Origin: an uncultured Gemmatimonadales bacterium
GTDB taxonomy: Bacteria; Gemmatimonadota; Gemmatimonadetes; Longimicrobiales; RSA9
Length of the DNA stretch: 64,000 nt
Assembly (NCBI GenBank): GCA_963783305.1
Contig: CAWAMW010000013.1
Location: 64,001-128,000, forward strand
Direction of reading: 5' to 3'
Shown: piece after piece, positions 46,795 to 57,089 of the stretch
Numbering within the stretch: the stretch's first letter is position 1
Layout of the letters: every line of letters begins with the position of its first letter
Made by a program: the position numbers and the translations under genes
The notes under the pieces: generated by a model
What the model was told of the DNA's origin: nothing
The model's input: the letters and a program-made list of their open reading frames with translations, nothing else
The model's database searches: none

Positions 46795-47925
46795 CTATGC
46801 GCCCTGCTCCGCCGCCACCATCGCCTCCCGCACCTCCGAGATCGCGTCCTCCGGGATCAGGTCGAAATCGGCCGCGGCCCGGGCCAGCGACACACTGCTC
46901 TCGGCCGCCGCGGCCGCGACCCCGTGTTCGGCGATCTCCTGGATGATCCGCCGCACCTCGCTGTCCCTTTCGGGCGGGGTAACCGCGCGGATCAGGACGG
47001 CCCGGACCCGCTCCTTGCCGTGCTCCTTCACCAGGTCCAGGTAGGTCTCCGGGTCCGTCTGGCCGCTGTCCCCCATCAGGACGAACGGGAGCTCGGGGTA
47101 GTCGTCGAAGAGCCCGGCGATCACGTCTCGCTTGTGGTGCTCCGATCCGATCTCCAGCGATTTGCGTTCGATGATGGCGATGTCCTGGAGGTAGAGCGGA
47201 CCCCTGGGCAGGTCGTGGGCGTCCAGGAACGCACGGATCAGCTCATACAGGCCCCACCCGCTCTGTGACACGTAGAAGAAGGGGTTGCTGCCCTTCCGGT
47301 CGGGTCCGCCCTCCAGCATCCGGTAGAACGGCGCGGCGCCGGGCATGGGGGAACGGTCACGAGCGGTCTTCGAGAAGATCAGCCGAAGCTTCGTCGACAG
47401 GTCACTGGCCCGGGTCTCCAGGACGGTGTCGTCGATGTCGCTGATGATGGCGTACTCGGCGTCTTGCGGCGGGATCAGCACCTCGGCTCTGGACGTCAGC
47501 CCGGCTCCCCCCGCCAGCGAATCCAGGAGCTCCACTTCCACCTCGATCCAGCCGGGCCCGAACGACTCCTCGGTCTCGAGGACGAGTCGGAAGAAGCCCT
47601 CGTTGTCCGTGCGACCTTCCGCCATGGCGGTCTCCCCATAGCGCGCGATGAGCGGCGCGTCGGGGATCTCATCACTCTCGAATCGCTGGATGGTGTCATA
47701 GACGTTCTCGATCACGCCGGCGTCCTCGGAGGGGTCGCCCGCCCCCTTCTCCTCGATGAGCCGGCCGATCACATGGATCTTGCCGTTCCCGCCATGGCTG
47801 AGGTAGACCTGAAGGACCAGCGGGTCGAACGTGTCCAGACGGCGCTTCAGCTCTCGTTTCGCGTCGTCCCAGTGCTTCTGTCCGCGTTCGGCGATGCGCC
47901 AGAACGTCCCACTCCTCTCCGACAT
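46795..47925 (-). CDS. App1/DUF2183 family phosphatase
   Basis: IISDIDDT, FFYVS, LPRGP, FVLMGDSGQTDPETY. Confidence 0.85.
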   Translation of the reverse strand: MSERSGTFWRIAERGQKHWDDAKRELKRRLDTFDPLVLQVYLSHGGNGKIHVIGRLIEEKGAGDPSEDAGVIENVYDTIQRFESDEIPDAPLIARYGETAMAEGRTDNEGFFRLVLETEESFGPGWIEVEVELLDSLAGGAGLTSRAEVLIPPQDAEYAIISDIDDTVLETRASDLSTKLRLIFSKTARDRSPMPGAAPFYRMLEGGPDRKGSNPFFYVSQSGWGLYELIRAFLDAHDLPRGPLYLQDIAIIERKSLEIGSEHHKRDVIAGLFDDYPELPFVLMGDSGQTDPETYLDLVKEHGKERVRAVLIRAVTPPERDSEVRRIIQEIAEHGVAAAAAESSVSLARAAADFDLIPEDAISEVREAMVAAEQGA

Positions 47926-48044
47926 GCTTCCTCGCGCCCGCACGAGTCGTTCCTCCCCCTGACAGCTGCCTCCCTTCGATCCGTGTCCGAATTGGCTGCT
48001 CCGGGTCGACCCTGTCACACCCTCGGGTTACCTTAGCGGCCGAC

Positions 48045-51000
48045 ATGGAAAGCACTCCCACCCCCGCGGTCCTCCGGGACCTGAAAGCCGCCACCGCCCG
48101 CGATCCGGTGGACCGAAAGCTTCTCGTCTGCGCGAGCATGGGTGAGGGCCGGGAACTCCTGCGCGCACTGGCGGCGCGCAGGTCGTGGATCGGTTGGGAG
48201 GTCACCACTCTGCGCAGGCTCGCCGCGCAGCGGGTCGTGCCGGAGCTCATGGCCGAGGGGCTCTCCATGGCCGACGCGTACGAGGAGCAGGCGGCGGTGG
48301 ACACCGCCCTGGACGCGGCGCTGGAGCGTCCGGATCTCGCGATCCTCCATGAGCTCGGGGAGGCGCCGGGCTTCCGCCAGGCCGTAGTGAACGCGGTCGA
48401 GGCGCTTCGGCTGGCCGACGTGGCCCCCGACCGGCTGCTCCGCAGCCGCGCATCGAACCCGGCCGTGCGGGATCTGCTCGCCGCCGTTCTCCAGGGCTAC
48501 CGGGACGCCCTCACCGAAGCGGGCCGCATCGACACCGCCGACGTGATGCGCCGGGCGGTCCGTACACTGGATGCCGCTGGCGCCCCTCGGATCGACCCGT
48601 CCCGCACCTTCCTCGCGCCCGGGCTGTCCCTCAGCGGCTCGGCCGGCCGCCTCGCCCGTGCCCTGCTGGATATGGGGGCCACGGCGCTCCGGTCCGATCC
48701 CGTGGAGGGTGTGGATACCCCGCCGGTGGTGTGGAGCCCGTCACCGGACGAGGCCCCGCTCTCGGGGCTGCTCGCCGGCCGGGTCTCCGGCGGCCCTCCT
48801 CCCGGCGGGCCGGACGGGGAGCCGGTCTCGCTCGGGTTGGACCTGTTCGCTGCTTCCGGCCCGGCCGAGGAGATCCGGGAGGTGCTCCGACGCGTGATGG
48901 CGGCGGGGCTGCGCTGGGACGAAGTGGAGATCGTCGCCACCGATCCCGTGGTCTATGGCGGCGCGCTGCACGCCGTGGCCGAACGCCTGGACATCCCGGT
49001 CAGCTATGCCGTGGGCCTGCCGGTGGATCGGACGCGGACCGGTCGGGCCGCCGCGGCCTGGTTTCGGTGGATCCAGGGCGGGTACCCCGCCGATGTCATC
49101 CGGCGGCTCCTGGAGTCCGGGGACCTGCGGGCGCCGGATGGTCTCGCATCGGAGCGACTCGGGAGACGGTTGAGATCGCTGCGGATCGGCTGGGGCTCGC
49201 ACCGCTACCTCCCCGCGATCGACCGCGCCCTGGAAGCGCTGGAAGGGCCGCCCCGGCCGCGGCGGAAGGAGAGCGAGGAGGAGGCGGCCGACCGGGAGGA
49301 GCGGGAGCGGCGGGAGCTGCGCTCTCTCCGATCGCTCATCGAGCCCGTGCTGGCGGCCACGCCGCGCCTGGACTCGGGCGACCCCCAGCTGCGCTGCTCG
49401 CCCGCCGAGCTCGCGGCCGGTCTGCGCGTGTTTCTCGATCGTGTCGCGCCGTCGGACGCTCCGTCCGCCACCGCCCGTGAGAAGCTCATGGGCATCACCG
49501 GCCGGGTGGCGGCGACGCTGCATCGGTCCACGCACCCACCCGCCGCCATCGCGCTCCTCCAGCGGCACCTGGAGATCAGGGTGCCCGCTCCCCAGCGGGA
49601 AGGCTCGGCGCCATGGATCTCGGCAGGGGGGCACCTCCACCTTTCCGACCTGAGCCACGGCGGCTACGCGGCTCGCCCGGCCACGTTCGTCGTGGGGCTG
49701 GATGCGGAACGCTTCCCCGGGGCCGGGCTCCAGGACCCGCTCCTCCTGGACTCGCAGCGTCGGGCGCTGGACGCCGAGGCGCTCCCCACGTCGGCCGACC
49801 GGCTCCTGGCCGCCCGCTTCCGCATGGCGGCCTGCCTGGCCCGCCTGCGTGGACCCGTGACCCTCAGCTACAGCGCGTGGGACCCCACTGAGGCGCGGGA
49901 AGTGGCGCCCTCCTCCGTCATGCTGCAGGCATTCCGCGCCGCGGCCGGCCGGCCGGACGCCTCCTTCGAGGACCTCCGGGATGGGATCGGCGCCGCGGCG
50001 TCCGCCATCCCCCGCACCGCCGCCATCGACGCGGCCGATGTCTGGCTCCACGCGCTCGACCACGGCGGTGTTCTGGCCGATGGCACCGACGCGGTTCGCC
50101 GGAGCTACCACCGACTCGATGCCGGCCTCCGCGCCGCCAACGATCTGGCCGGGGACCGGGCCACACCGCACCACGGCCTCATCGCGCCCCGGCCGGAGCT
50201 GGACCCCCGGGACAATCCGGAGACGATCCTCTCCGCCAGCGGGCTCGAGGACCTGGGCACCTGCGCCCGTCGCTACTTCTACAAGTACGCGCTGGGAATC
50301 CGTACGCCCGACGACCCGGAGCCCGACCCGGATATCTGGCTCGACGCCCTGAACCGCGGCCGGCTGCTGCATGCCGTGTATGACACGTCGCTGAAGCGGG
50401 CTCGGGCCGCCGGTGTCCATGCCGGGGACGAGGACTTCATCGAGTTGGCGCTGCGGGCGCTGGACACGGAGGCGGCGGTGATCGCCCGTGAGGTTCCGCC
50501 CCCGGGCGAGGCGGTCCGGGCCCGGGAGATGGCGGCCTTGCGCGCGGACGTCCGCTCTTTTGCCGAGATGGTTGCGGGGGGCGACGATGCCTGGGAGGCG
50601 CTGGAGCTCCAGTTCGGGTTCCGCGGCGAGCCCGCGGCGGCGCTGGAGCTCAAGGGTGGAACCGTGCGGCTCAGGGGCGCCATCGACCGTGTGGACCGGA
50701 CGGGCGATCAGCTCACGGTCATCGACTACAAGACGGGCGGCTCCGGGCGGTACGAGCGGAGGCACGGCACCTTCAACGGCGGCCGCCGCCTGCAGAACGC
50801 GGTGTATGCGGCGGTGGCGGAGTCGCTCCTGGGCGGCGCGGTGCGGAGGATGGAGTACCACTTCCCCACCCGGAAGGGCCAGAACGAAGTCATCGGATAC
50901 GACCGGAGCGAGCTGCGGCGCGGCCTCGGTCTGATCGACCGGCTGCTCGAGGCCGTGGCCGCGGGTCGCTTCCTCCCCACCGAGGAGGGCAGCGACTGCC

Positions 51001-51182
51001 GTTTCTGCGATTACGCCCCCATCTGCCGGCACACTTCCGACGGCTGGCGCTCGGAGACGCCGCTCGCCGACTGGGCGGCCGAGCATTTCGAGACGCTCCC
51101 CGAGTACCGCGAGCGTCGGGAGGCCCGCGTCTGGGAGCAGACGTTCCTCGACGAGCTGGAGGACCGTGGCGAAGCGAGCTGA
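48045..51182 (+). CDS. AddB-like PD-(D/E)XK nuclease subunit
   Basis: Inactive helicase-like N-terminal region; LSAS.LE..CARRYF; GAIDRVD, IDYKTG, Q..Y; C-terminal CRFC..C (four Cys, Fe-S pattern). Confidence 0.85.
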   Translation: MESTPTPAVLRDLKAATARDPVDRKLLVCASMGEGRELLRALAARRSWIGWEVTTLRRLAAQRVVPELMAEGLSMADAYEEQAAVDTALDAALERPDLAILHELGEAPGFRQAVVNAVEALRLADVAPDRLLRSRASNPAVRDLLAAVLQGYRDALTEAGRIDTADVMRRAVRTLDAAGAPRIDPSRTFLAPGLSLSGSAGRLARALLDMGATALRSDPVEGVDTPPVVWSPSPDEAPLSGLLAGRVSGGPPPGGPDGEPVSLGLDLFAASGPAEEIREVLRRVMAAGLRWDEVEIVATDPVVYGGALHAVAERLDIPVSYAVGLPVDRTRTGRAAAAWFRWIQGGYPADVIRRLLESGDLRAPDGLASERLGRRLRSLRIGWGSHRYLPAIDRALEALEGPPRPRRKESEEEAADREERERRELRSLRSLIEPVLAATPRLDSGDPQLRCSPAELAAGLRVFLDRVAPSDAPSATAREKLMGITGRVAATLHRSTHPPAAIALLQRHLEIRVPAPQREGSAPWISAGGHLHLSDLSHGGYAARPATFVVGLDAERFPGAGLQDPLLLDSQRRALDAEALPTSADRLLAARFRMAACLARLRGPVTLSYSAWDPTEAREVAPSSVMLQAFRAAAGRPDASFEDLRDGIGAAASAIPRTAAIDAADVWLHALDHGGVLADGTDAVRRSYHRLDAGLRAANDLAGDRATPHHGLIAPRPELDPRDNPETILSASGLEDLGTCARRYFYKYALGIRTPDDPEPDPDIWLDALNRGRLLHAVYDTSLKRARAAGVHAGDEDFIELALRALDTEAAVIAREVPPPGEAVRAREMAALRADVRSFAEMVAGGDDAWEALELQFGFRGEPAAALELKGGTVRLRGAIDRVDRTGDQLTVIDYKTGGSGRYERRHGTFNGGRRLQNAVYAAVAESLLGGAVRRMEYHFPTRKGQNEVIGYDRSELRRGLGLIDRLLEAVAAGRFLPTEEGSDCRFCDYAPICRHTSDGWRSETPLADWAAEHFETLPEYRERREARVWEQTFLDELEDRGEAS

Positions 51183-54100
51183 CGACCCCACGCAGCTCGG
51201 GCTCTTCGGCGCTGCGGACGCCGCGGTTCCGGAACCCGTTGCGCCATCGGACCGGCCGCCCACCGGTGCCCGCGACCGCTTCATCGAGGGGGAGCTCCCG
51301 GACCAGCATGCCCGCGACCGCATCGCCGGTGAGCTGGACACCAACTTCCTGGTCGAGGCTGGCGCGGGGTCCGGGAAGACCACGGCGCTCGTGGACCGCA
51401 TGGTGGCCCTCGTGCGGGAGGGCGTGGCGCCCGTGGACGAGGTCACGGCCGTCACCTTCACCCGCAAGGCGGCCGCCGAGCTCCGGCAGCGGTTCCAGAC
51501 GGCTCTCGAGCGCGCCATCGCTCGCGCTCGCGAGGACGACAGTCAGGAGCTGGTCGACCGCCTGGATGGCGCGCTCCGGACCATCGATCGGTCCTTCATC
51601 GGGACCATCCACTCGTTCTGCGCTCGATTGCTCCGCGAGCGCCCGGTGGAGGCGGGCGTCGACCCCGGGTTCCAGGAGCTCCTGGGGGCGGAGGAGGTCC
51701 GTCAGCGCCGGGCCTTCTGGCGGACCCACCTGGAGCGGCTCGCTGCGGCGGCCGACCCGAGCATTGCCGAGCTGGCCGCAGTGGGGCTCGTGCCTGCGCA
51801 GCTGGAGAGTCTCTTCGACCAGCTGGTCGGCAACCCCGACGTTACGTTCCCGGCGGAGCCGGTGGACCCACCCGGTGCGGAGGCCATCGATGCCCTCCGC
51901 CGCGAACTGGACGCGCTGCTGGAGCGTGGCCGGGCCATGATCCCCGACGAGCCCGCCGAGAAGGGCTGGGACGACCTCCAGGCGCGGCTCCGCCTCCTCC
52001 TGTTCCTCCGCCGGGTGGTGGACTGGAGCGACAGGACGGAGTTCCTGGAGCTCACGGGCGAAGAGTTCGTCGGACGCTCCTATCGCGTGACGCAGAACCG
52101 GTGGCCCGATGGGAAGGCGGCCAAGGCCCTGTCGAAGGACTGGGGTGAGCTGCGCGATGGGCTCGCGGCCGAGATCCTCGACCGCTGGTGGGCCCACCGC
52201 TACCCCATCGCCCTCGAGTTTGCGCGGGCGGCCGCGGACGCATTCGCTCACGAGCGCCGACGGACCGGCCGTCTCAACTTCCAGGACCTCCTCATGCTCG
52301 CCGCCCGCCTGCTCCGAACCCACCCGCGGGCGCGGGAGGAGCTGGGGCTACGCTATCGTCGGCTGTTGGTGGACGAGTTCCAGGACACCGATCCGGTCCA
52401 GGCCGAGGTCCTGCTCCTCCTGGCTTCCCCGGCGGATGATCGCCGGTGGCAGGACGTCGTCCCTCGCTCTGGCGCGCTCTTCGTCGTGGGCGACCCGAAG
52501 CAGTCCATCTACCGGTTCCGCCGTGCGGATATCGCCGTGTACAACCTCGTACGCGACCGCTTTACGCAGTATGGAGACGTGCTCGAGCTCGTGGCCAACT
52601 TCCGGTCGCTCCCACCCGTGGGCGAGCTCGTGGACTCAGTCTTCCGTGATCGCTTCGGCCCCGAGGCCACCACCCACCAGGCGGCCTTCGCGCCCCTGCG
52701 AACCCGACGCGTGCCCGACCCCGACCGCCAGGGGATCAGACAGTACTTCATCGATCCCGACGGTCGCTCGTTCGCAGCCGCGGCGACCAATGGCGCCGCG
52801 CGTCTGGTCCCGTGGATAGCGAGGGAGCTCGCCTCCGGACGCCGGCAGCCGGGCGATTTCCTGATCCTGGCGCGCCAGAAGGCGGAGCTCGCCACCTACG
52901 CGCGGACGCTGGAAGCGTGGCGGATCCCCGTCCAGGTCACTGGCGCGGGTGTGGACCAGACGGAGGAGCTGCGGGAGCTCCTGGTGCTGCTCGAGGCCCT
53001 GTCGGACCCGACGGACCCCGTCCGGATCGTCGCCGTGCTGGTCGGGCTGCTCTTCGGCCTGGACCACGACCAGCTCGTCGACTGGGTCCTGACAGAGGAT
53101 GCGCCCGGGAGCCGTCGGTTCGACATCTCTCGGCCGCACGGGGGCGAGGACTCGCCCGTGGCCGCCGCCCTCCACACGCTGCACCTGTGGTGGGACCGGT
53201 CCCGGAGAGAGCCCGCGGACGTGCTCGTGGGGCGGATCGTCGACGAGGTGGGGCTGGTCCCGCTCGCGGCCGCGCGGGAGCTGGGAGAGATTCGGGCCGG
53301 CTCGCTGCTTTTCGCCCTGGACACGATCCGCGTGGCGGCCCTGGCCGGTGACACCTCCATTGCCACGGCCACCGAGGCGCTGCGCGTGGCGCTGGAGGCC
53401 GATGAAGCGGAAGCGCCACTGGAGCCGGTGCGGGCCGGTGTCGCCCGGATCATGACGCTCCACCAGGCGAAGGGACTGGAAGCGCCGGTCGTGGCGCTCG
53501 TACACCCCGTCGGCGGGCGCGAGCACCCCGTGACGCGGCACATCGAGCGCGGCCAGGACGGCTCGGCGGTGGGCTACCTCGTGGTGCAGGAGACGGAGAA
53601 CCACCGCACGCGTATCATCGCGCGGCCGTCCGGTTGGGAGGAGAAGGAGGCGGAGGAGCGCCGCTACGATGCCGCCGAGCAGGACCGTCTTCTGTATGTG
53701 GCGGCGACACGCGCGGCTGAAGAGCTCGTGGTCTCGCGCGTGGCGGGCGGCGAGGCGAGGTCGCCCTGGGCGGGGCTCTACGGCTGGATCGACGAGCACG
53801 GCCACGACCTGCGACTGGAGCCCGGGACCGCATCGGACCCGGATATCATGGACCGGGATGTGGACGAGCTTGCCCGTGCCGTGGCCCGGCTCCGGGACGA
53901 GCGCGCGGCGCGGAGCCGGCCTGGCTATGTCGTTCGCACGGCCACTTCACTGGCCAAGGCCGGCGGCGGGATCGAAGCCGGGGTCGGGGTACAGCCGTGG
54001 CCAGAGCCGCTCCCCGATCCGAGGGACGGACCGGACCCGGAGTACCGCGGACGCAGCTGGGGGAGCGTGGTCCACGGAGCGCTCGAGGCCGCCGCCCGCG

Positions 54101-54603
54101 GCGCGGCCGGTGACGACCTCCGTCGCATCTCGCGCGGGCTCCTCCTGGAGCTGGAGCGCCCGGTGAGCGGGGGTGAGCCCGTGGAGCTCGATGAGCTCCT
54201 CCAGCTGGTGGGAGCGGTTCGTTCCTCCGCGCTCTGGGCGCGCGCCGCGGTCGCCGATCGCTGGCTGTCCGAAATACCGTTCGCCTATCGCGATGAGGCG
54301 GGCCGGTTCCACGATCCGGACCCGGATCTGCCCCCCGGGGTCCCCCGGATCATCGAGGGGGTGGTGGACCTGATCTTCCGCGAGGACGGCGGGTGGGTCG
54401 TCGTCGACTACAAGACCGACGTGGGTGCCGACCCCGAGTTCCCGCGACGGCTCGAGTCGTACCGCCGCCAGGTGGAGCTGTATGCCGCCGCGTGGTCAGC
54501 CATGACCGGCGAGCCCGTGAAGGAGCGCGTGCTCCTCTTCACCGCACCCGGCGCCGCAGCGTACCTCCCGGCAGGATCCGGCGACGGGACCCTGCGCTGG
54601 TGA
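51166..54603 (+). CDS. AddA-like UvrD helicase-nuclease
   Basis: AGAGSGKT, TFTRKAA, DEFQD, GDPKQSIYRFR, TLHQAKGLE, YVAATRA; C-terminal GVVDL..DYKT..Q..LY. Confidence 0.92.
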   Translation: MAKRADDPTQLGLFGAADAAVPEPVAPSDRPPTGARDRFIEGELPDQHARDRIAGELDTNFLVEAGAGSGKTTALVDRMVALVREGVAPVDEVTAVTFTRKAAAELRQRFQTALERAIARAREDDSQELVDRLDGALRTIDRSFIGTIHSFCARLLRERPVEAGVDPGFQELLGAEEVRQRRAFWRTHLERLAAAADPSIAELAAVGLVPAQLESLFDQLVGNPDVTFPAEPVDPPGAEAIDALRRELDALLERGRAMIPDEPAEKGWDDLQARLRLLLFLRRVVDWSDRTEFLELTGEEFVGRSYRVTQNRWPDGKAAKALSKDWGELRDGLAAEILDRWWAHRYPIALEFARAAADAFAHERRRTGRLNFQDLLMLAARLLRTHPRAREELGLRYRRLLVDEFQDTDPVQAEVLLLLASPADDRRWQDVVPRSGALFVVGDPKQSIYRFRRADIAVYNLVRDRFTQYGDVLELVANFRSLPPVGELVDSVFRDRFGPEATTHQAAFAPLRTRRVPDPDRQGIRQYFIDPDGRSFAAAATNGAARLVPWIARELASGRRQPGDFLILARQKAELATYARTLEAWRIPVQVTGAGVDQTEELRELLVLLEALSDPTDPVRIVAVLVGLLFGLDHDQLVDWVLTEDAPGSRRFDISRPHGGEDSPVAAALHTLHLWWDRSRREPADVLVGRIVDEVGLVPLAAARELGEIRAGSLLFALDTIRVAALAGDTSIATATEALRVALEADEAEAPLEPVRAGVARIMTLHQAKGLEAPVVALVHPVGGREHPVTRHIERGQDGSAVGYLVVQETENHRTRIIARPSGWEEKEAEERRYDAAEQDRLLYVAATRAAEELVVSRVAGGEARSPWAGLYGWIDEHGHDLRLEPGTASDPDIMDRDVDELARAVARLRDERAARSRPGYVVRTATSLAKAGGGIEAGVGVQPWPEPLPDPRDGPDPEYRGRSWGSVVHGALEAAARGAAGDDLRRISRGLLLELERPVSGGEPVELDELLQLVGAVRSSALWARAAVADRWLSEIPFAYRDEAGRFHDPDPDLPPGVPRIIEGVVDLIFREDGGWVVVDYKTDVGADPEFPRRLESYRRQVELYAAAWSAMTGEPVKERVLLFTAPGAAAYLPAGSGDGTLRW

Positions 54604-54640
54604 CCTCCCGCCCTCTTCCTCCCCCTCCCGCCCGGCCCCA

Positions 54641-54679
54641 GAACGAACAAGGCCCGCCGATCTCCGGGATCGGCGGGCC
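54641..54679 (-). terminator. Intrinsic terminator (SWIB gene; possibly bidirectional)
   Basis: 12-bp stem GGCCCGCCGATC/GATCGGCGGGCC followed on the minus strand by TTGTTCGTTC. Confidence 0.7.
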
Positions 54680-54700
54680 ATAGTTCGGTCGGAGGGGGGG

Positions 54701-54961
54701 TCAGGTCTTCGAGACGTGCTGGTTGACGAGTTTGGTCATCTCGAACATCGAAACCTGGTTCTGCCCGTTGAAGATCGGACGCATGGTGTCATCCGCGTTG
54801 ATCATTCGACGGTTCTGCGAGTCCTGCAGGTTGTTCTTCTTGACGTAGTCCCAGACTTTCTTCGTGATCTCGCTGCGGGTCATCGGCTGATTGCCCACTA
54901 CTTTCGCGAGCTGATCATCCGGCTGCACCTTCTGAGCGAGACCCCCGCGTGCCTTGGCCAT
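54701..54961 (-). CDS. Stand-alone SWIB/MDM2 domain protein
   Basis: LAKVVG..RSEITKKVWDYVKKNNLQD..NRRMINADD..F..VSMFEMTKL. Confidence 0.92.
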   Translation of the reverse strand: MAKARGGLAQKVQPDDQLAKVVGNQPMTRSEITKKVWDYVKKNNLQDSQNRRMINADDTMRPIFNGQNQVSMFEMTKLVNQHVSKT

Positions 54962-55055
54962 CCAAATCCTCCGTGTGAGTGTAAAAGGGCGGTTCTCCCG
55001 CCTCCCAAGCTATGCGCAGAGCGCGGCGGCGCAATGATGGCGATTCAATGCCTGT

Positions 55056-55751
55056 TCAGCCAGTGGGCAGAACGACAAGGTCATCGGCCAGTCTGAAACG
55101 CAGCTGCGGATCCTCCATTCCGAGTCCCCGAAGCGCCGGCACCAGGATGCGCTCCAGCGCCCGCGCGGCGTTCACGCGGGGCTGGTACGATGTGCGCAGG
55201 TGGCTCAAGGCCTGCCGCCTCATGGCCGTCTCCACGATCGAGAGCGCCCTCCGCTCGACCCTTCCTTCCTGCGAGCCGATCCGCGCCCAGCCCCGGGTCG
55301 TCTCCACCTCGAGTCGGCTCAGGTCCGCCTCCGCCGAGTACACGGCCAGTGCTGGGATCTCCACCTGGATCGTACCATCGTCCAACATCCGGACCATCTC
55401 CGGTCGCAGAGAGTCGGCTTCGAACCCGTACGAGACCCGTCCCGGGACGCGCACTGTGGCCCGGGTGGTGCCCAGGTTGAGACCGATCACGCCCGGCAGC
55501 AGTACCTTGCTGTTCTCCACCCGAGTGGTGACGTTCATCTTCAGCTGACCCGTCACCAGGAACGCCGCAGCACTCTCCCGTTCGAGGGCGGTGTACATCG
55601 CCTCCCGCACCTGCTGCTCCGTGATCTGCGGTATGCCGGGCGCACTCGGGAGGCTGTCGGCCACCCACCGGCTGACCCCCATGGCCAGGCCGGCCATGAT
55701 CGCGGCCATAATGCCGAGGAATACGAGGAGGCGCTGCTTGTTCTTGGTCAC
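55056..55751 (-). CDS. DUF4230-like membrane-anchored protein
   Basis: N-terminal TM; VPGRVSYGF, IQVEIP, NAARALERIL. Start approximate. Confidence 0.65.
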   Translation of the reverse strand: MTKNKQRLLVFLGIMAAIMAGLAMGVSRWVADSLPSAPGIPQITEQQVREAMYTALERESAAAFLVTGQLKMNVTTRVENSKVLLPGVIGLNLGTTRATVRVPGRVSYGFEADSLRPEMVRMLDDGTIQVEIPALAVYSAEADLSRLEVETTRGWARIGSQEGRVERRALSIVETAMRRQALSHLRTSYQPRVNAARALERILVPALRGLGMEDPQLRFRLADDLVVLPTG

Positions 55752-55880
55752 GACCACCAACGAACGCAGGACCGGGGCCAGGGAGCCCCACCACACCCCG
55801 CCACCCCCCGCGCCGGGTGGTCCGGATCGTGCCACCTCACCCTGCCTCGTGCCAACACGAGCCACGCAATCCGGACCCGT

Positions 55881-57089
55881 ATGAATTTCCTGCACATCGC
55901 CGACGTCCACCTGGGCGCTTCCTACTCCGGCTTCGGCGATCTCGCCGAACGCAGGTCGGGGGAGGTGCTCAACGCGTTCCGGCGCCTGCCGGACGTGGCG
56001 ACGGAGGAGCGGGTGGACGCCGTGCTCTTCGCGGGGGACCTGTTCGACGGGCCGCAGCCGGGCACGGAGATCATGGCTGCCGTACGCGATACCCTGCGCC
56101 GCTTCATGGACCTCTGCGTACCGGTGTTCATGGTGCCGGGGAACCATGACGCGGTCACGCTCCGTCTGGATCCCTACCGGGAGCTCGCGCGTGGATCGAG
56201 GGTCGTGGTGCAGACGGGGGAGGATCGTCCGGATCGGCCGTGGCCGGTCGTCGACGAGGAGGGGCGCAGGCTGGCGGAGAAGCACAGCATTTACATCCTG
56301 GCCGCGCCGCGCTTCGGGGAGCCGGTCCACGTCCAGACGGACAGCGGTCCGCTGCACGTGTACGGGATCGCCTACGACAGCGCGGAGTCCAGGGACCCGC
56401 TCTCGACGTTCCGGCGGCGGGAGGGGGCGGGTGCCCACGTAGCGCTGCTGCACGCCTCCGTCCAGGATGCCGGTCACTGGAAGGCCTCGGGGAGCTCACT
56501 CGCGGTAGGATCCGCCGAGCTTGCGGCTCTGGACGTGGATTACATCGCTCTTGGCGATCACCACCGCCCCAGGATGCCGGAGGAGTTCGACGACCTGCCG
56601 GCGTGCTATCCCGGCTCGTTCGCCGCGTGTGACCTCACGGAGACGGGTCCTCGTGGCTACGTGCTCGCGGAGGTGGAGCCCGGCGGTGCGGCGCGGGTGG
56701 AGCATCGCGAATCGGGGGTGCTCGAGGTCGCGGCGATGGAGCTGGACGTATCGCCGTTCACCAATCACGTCCGGATCGTCGAGTCCCTCATCCGGATGCT
56801 CCCATCCCAGGCGGTACCGGTGGTCCGGCTGGTGGGAGAGCCCGGGTTCCCGCTGGATGCCGACCAGGTGACGGCGGAGCTTTCCGAGCGATACGGCCAT
56901 GCGCAAGTGGCCGATGAGACCCGATATTATGCGTCCGCCCGGCTGGCCGAGTTGGCCGAGCTGGACACGGTCGCGGGCCACGTGGTGCGGCTGGGTCGTC
57001 AGAGGATCGAGGCGGCACCGGAGGGACGGGAGCGGGCGGTTGCCCAGCGGGCGCTCCGTGCGGCCCTGCGGGCTCTGGAGGTGGACTGA
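55881..57089 (+). CDS. Mre11/SbcD-like (YhaO-type) metallophosphoesterase nuclease
   Basis: HIADVHLG, AGDLFD, PGNHD, LLHA, YIALGDHH, YPGS. Confidence 0.9.
   Translation: MNFLHIADVHLGASYSGFGDLAERRSGEVLNAFRRLPDVATEERVDAVLFAGDLFDGPQPGTEIMAAVRDTLRRFMDLCVPVFMVPGNHDAVTLRLDPYRELARGSRVVVQTGEDRPDRPWPVVDEEGRRLAEKHSIYILAAPRFGEPVHVQTDSGPLHVYGIAYDSAESRDPLSTFRRREGAGAHVALLHASVQDAGHWKASGSSLAVGSAELAALDVDYIALGDHHRPRMPEEFDDLPACYPGSFAACDLTETGPRGYVLAEVEPGGAARVEHRESGVLEVAAMELDVSPFTNHVRIVESLIRMLPSQAVPVVRLVGEPGFPLDADQVTAELSERYGHAQVADETRYYASARLAELAELDTVAGHVVRLGRQRIEAAPEGRERAVAQRALRAALRALEVD

Noticed and set aside
50200..51100. Cas4-like nuclease with Fe-S cysteines
   Set aside because: It is the C-terminal domain of the AddB-like subunit, coupled to AddA, with no CRISPR context.
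48741..51518. Long antisense ORFs (925 aa here; also 34294..36537, 38723..40822, 42593..44344)
   Set aside because: These are typical high-GC shadow ORFs opposite well-supported genes, with no recognisable motifs.
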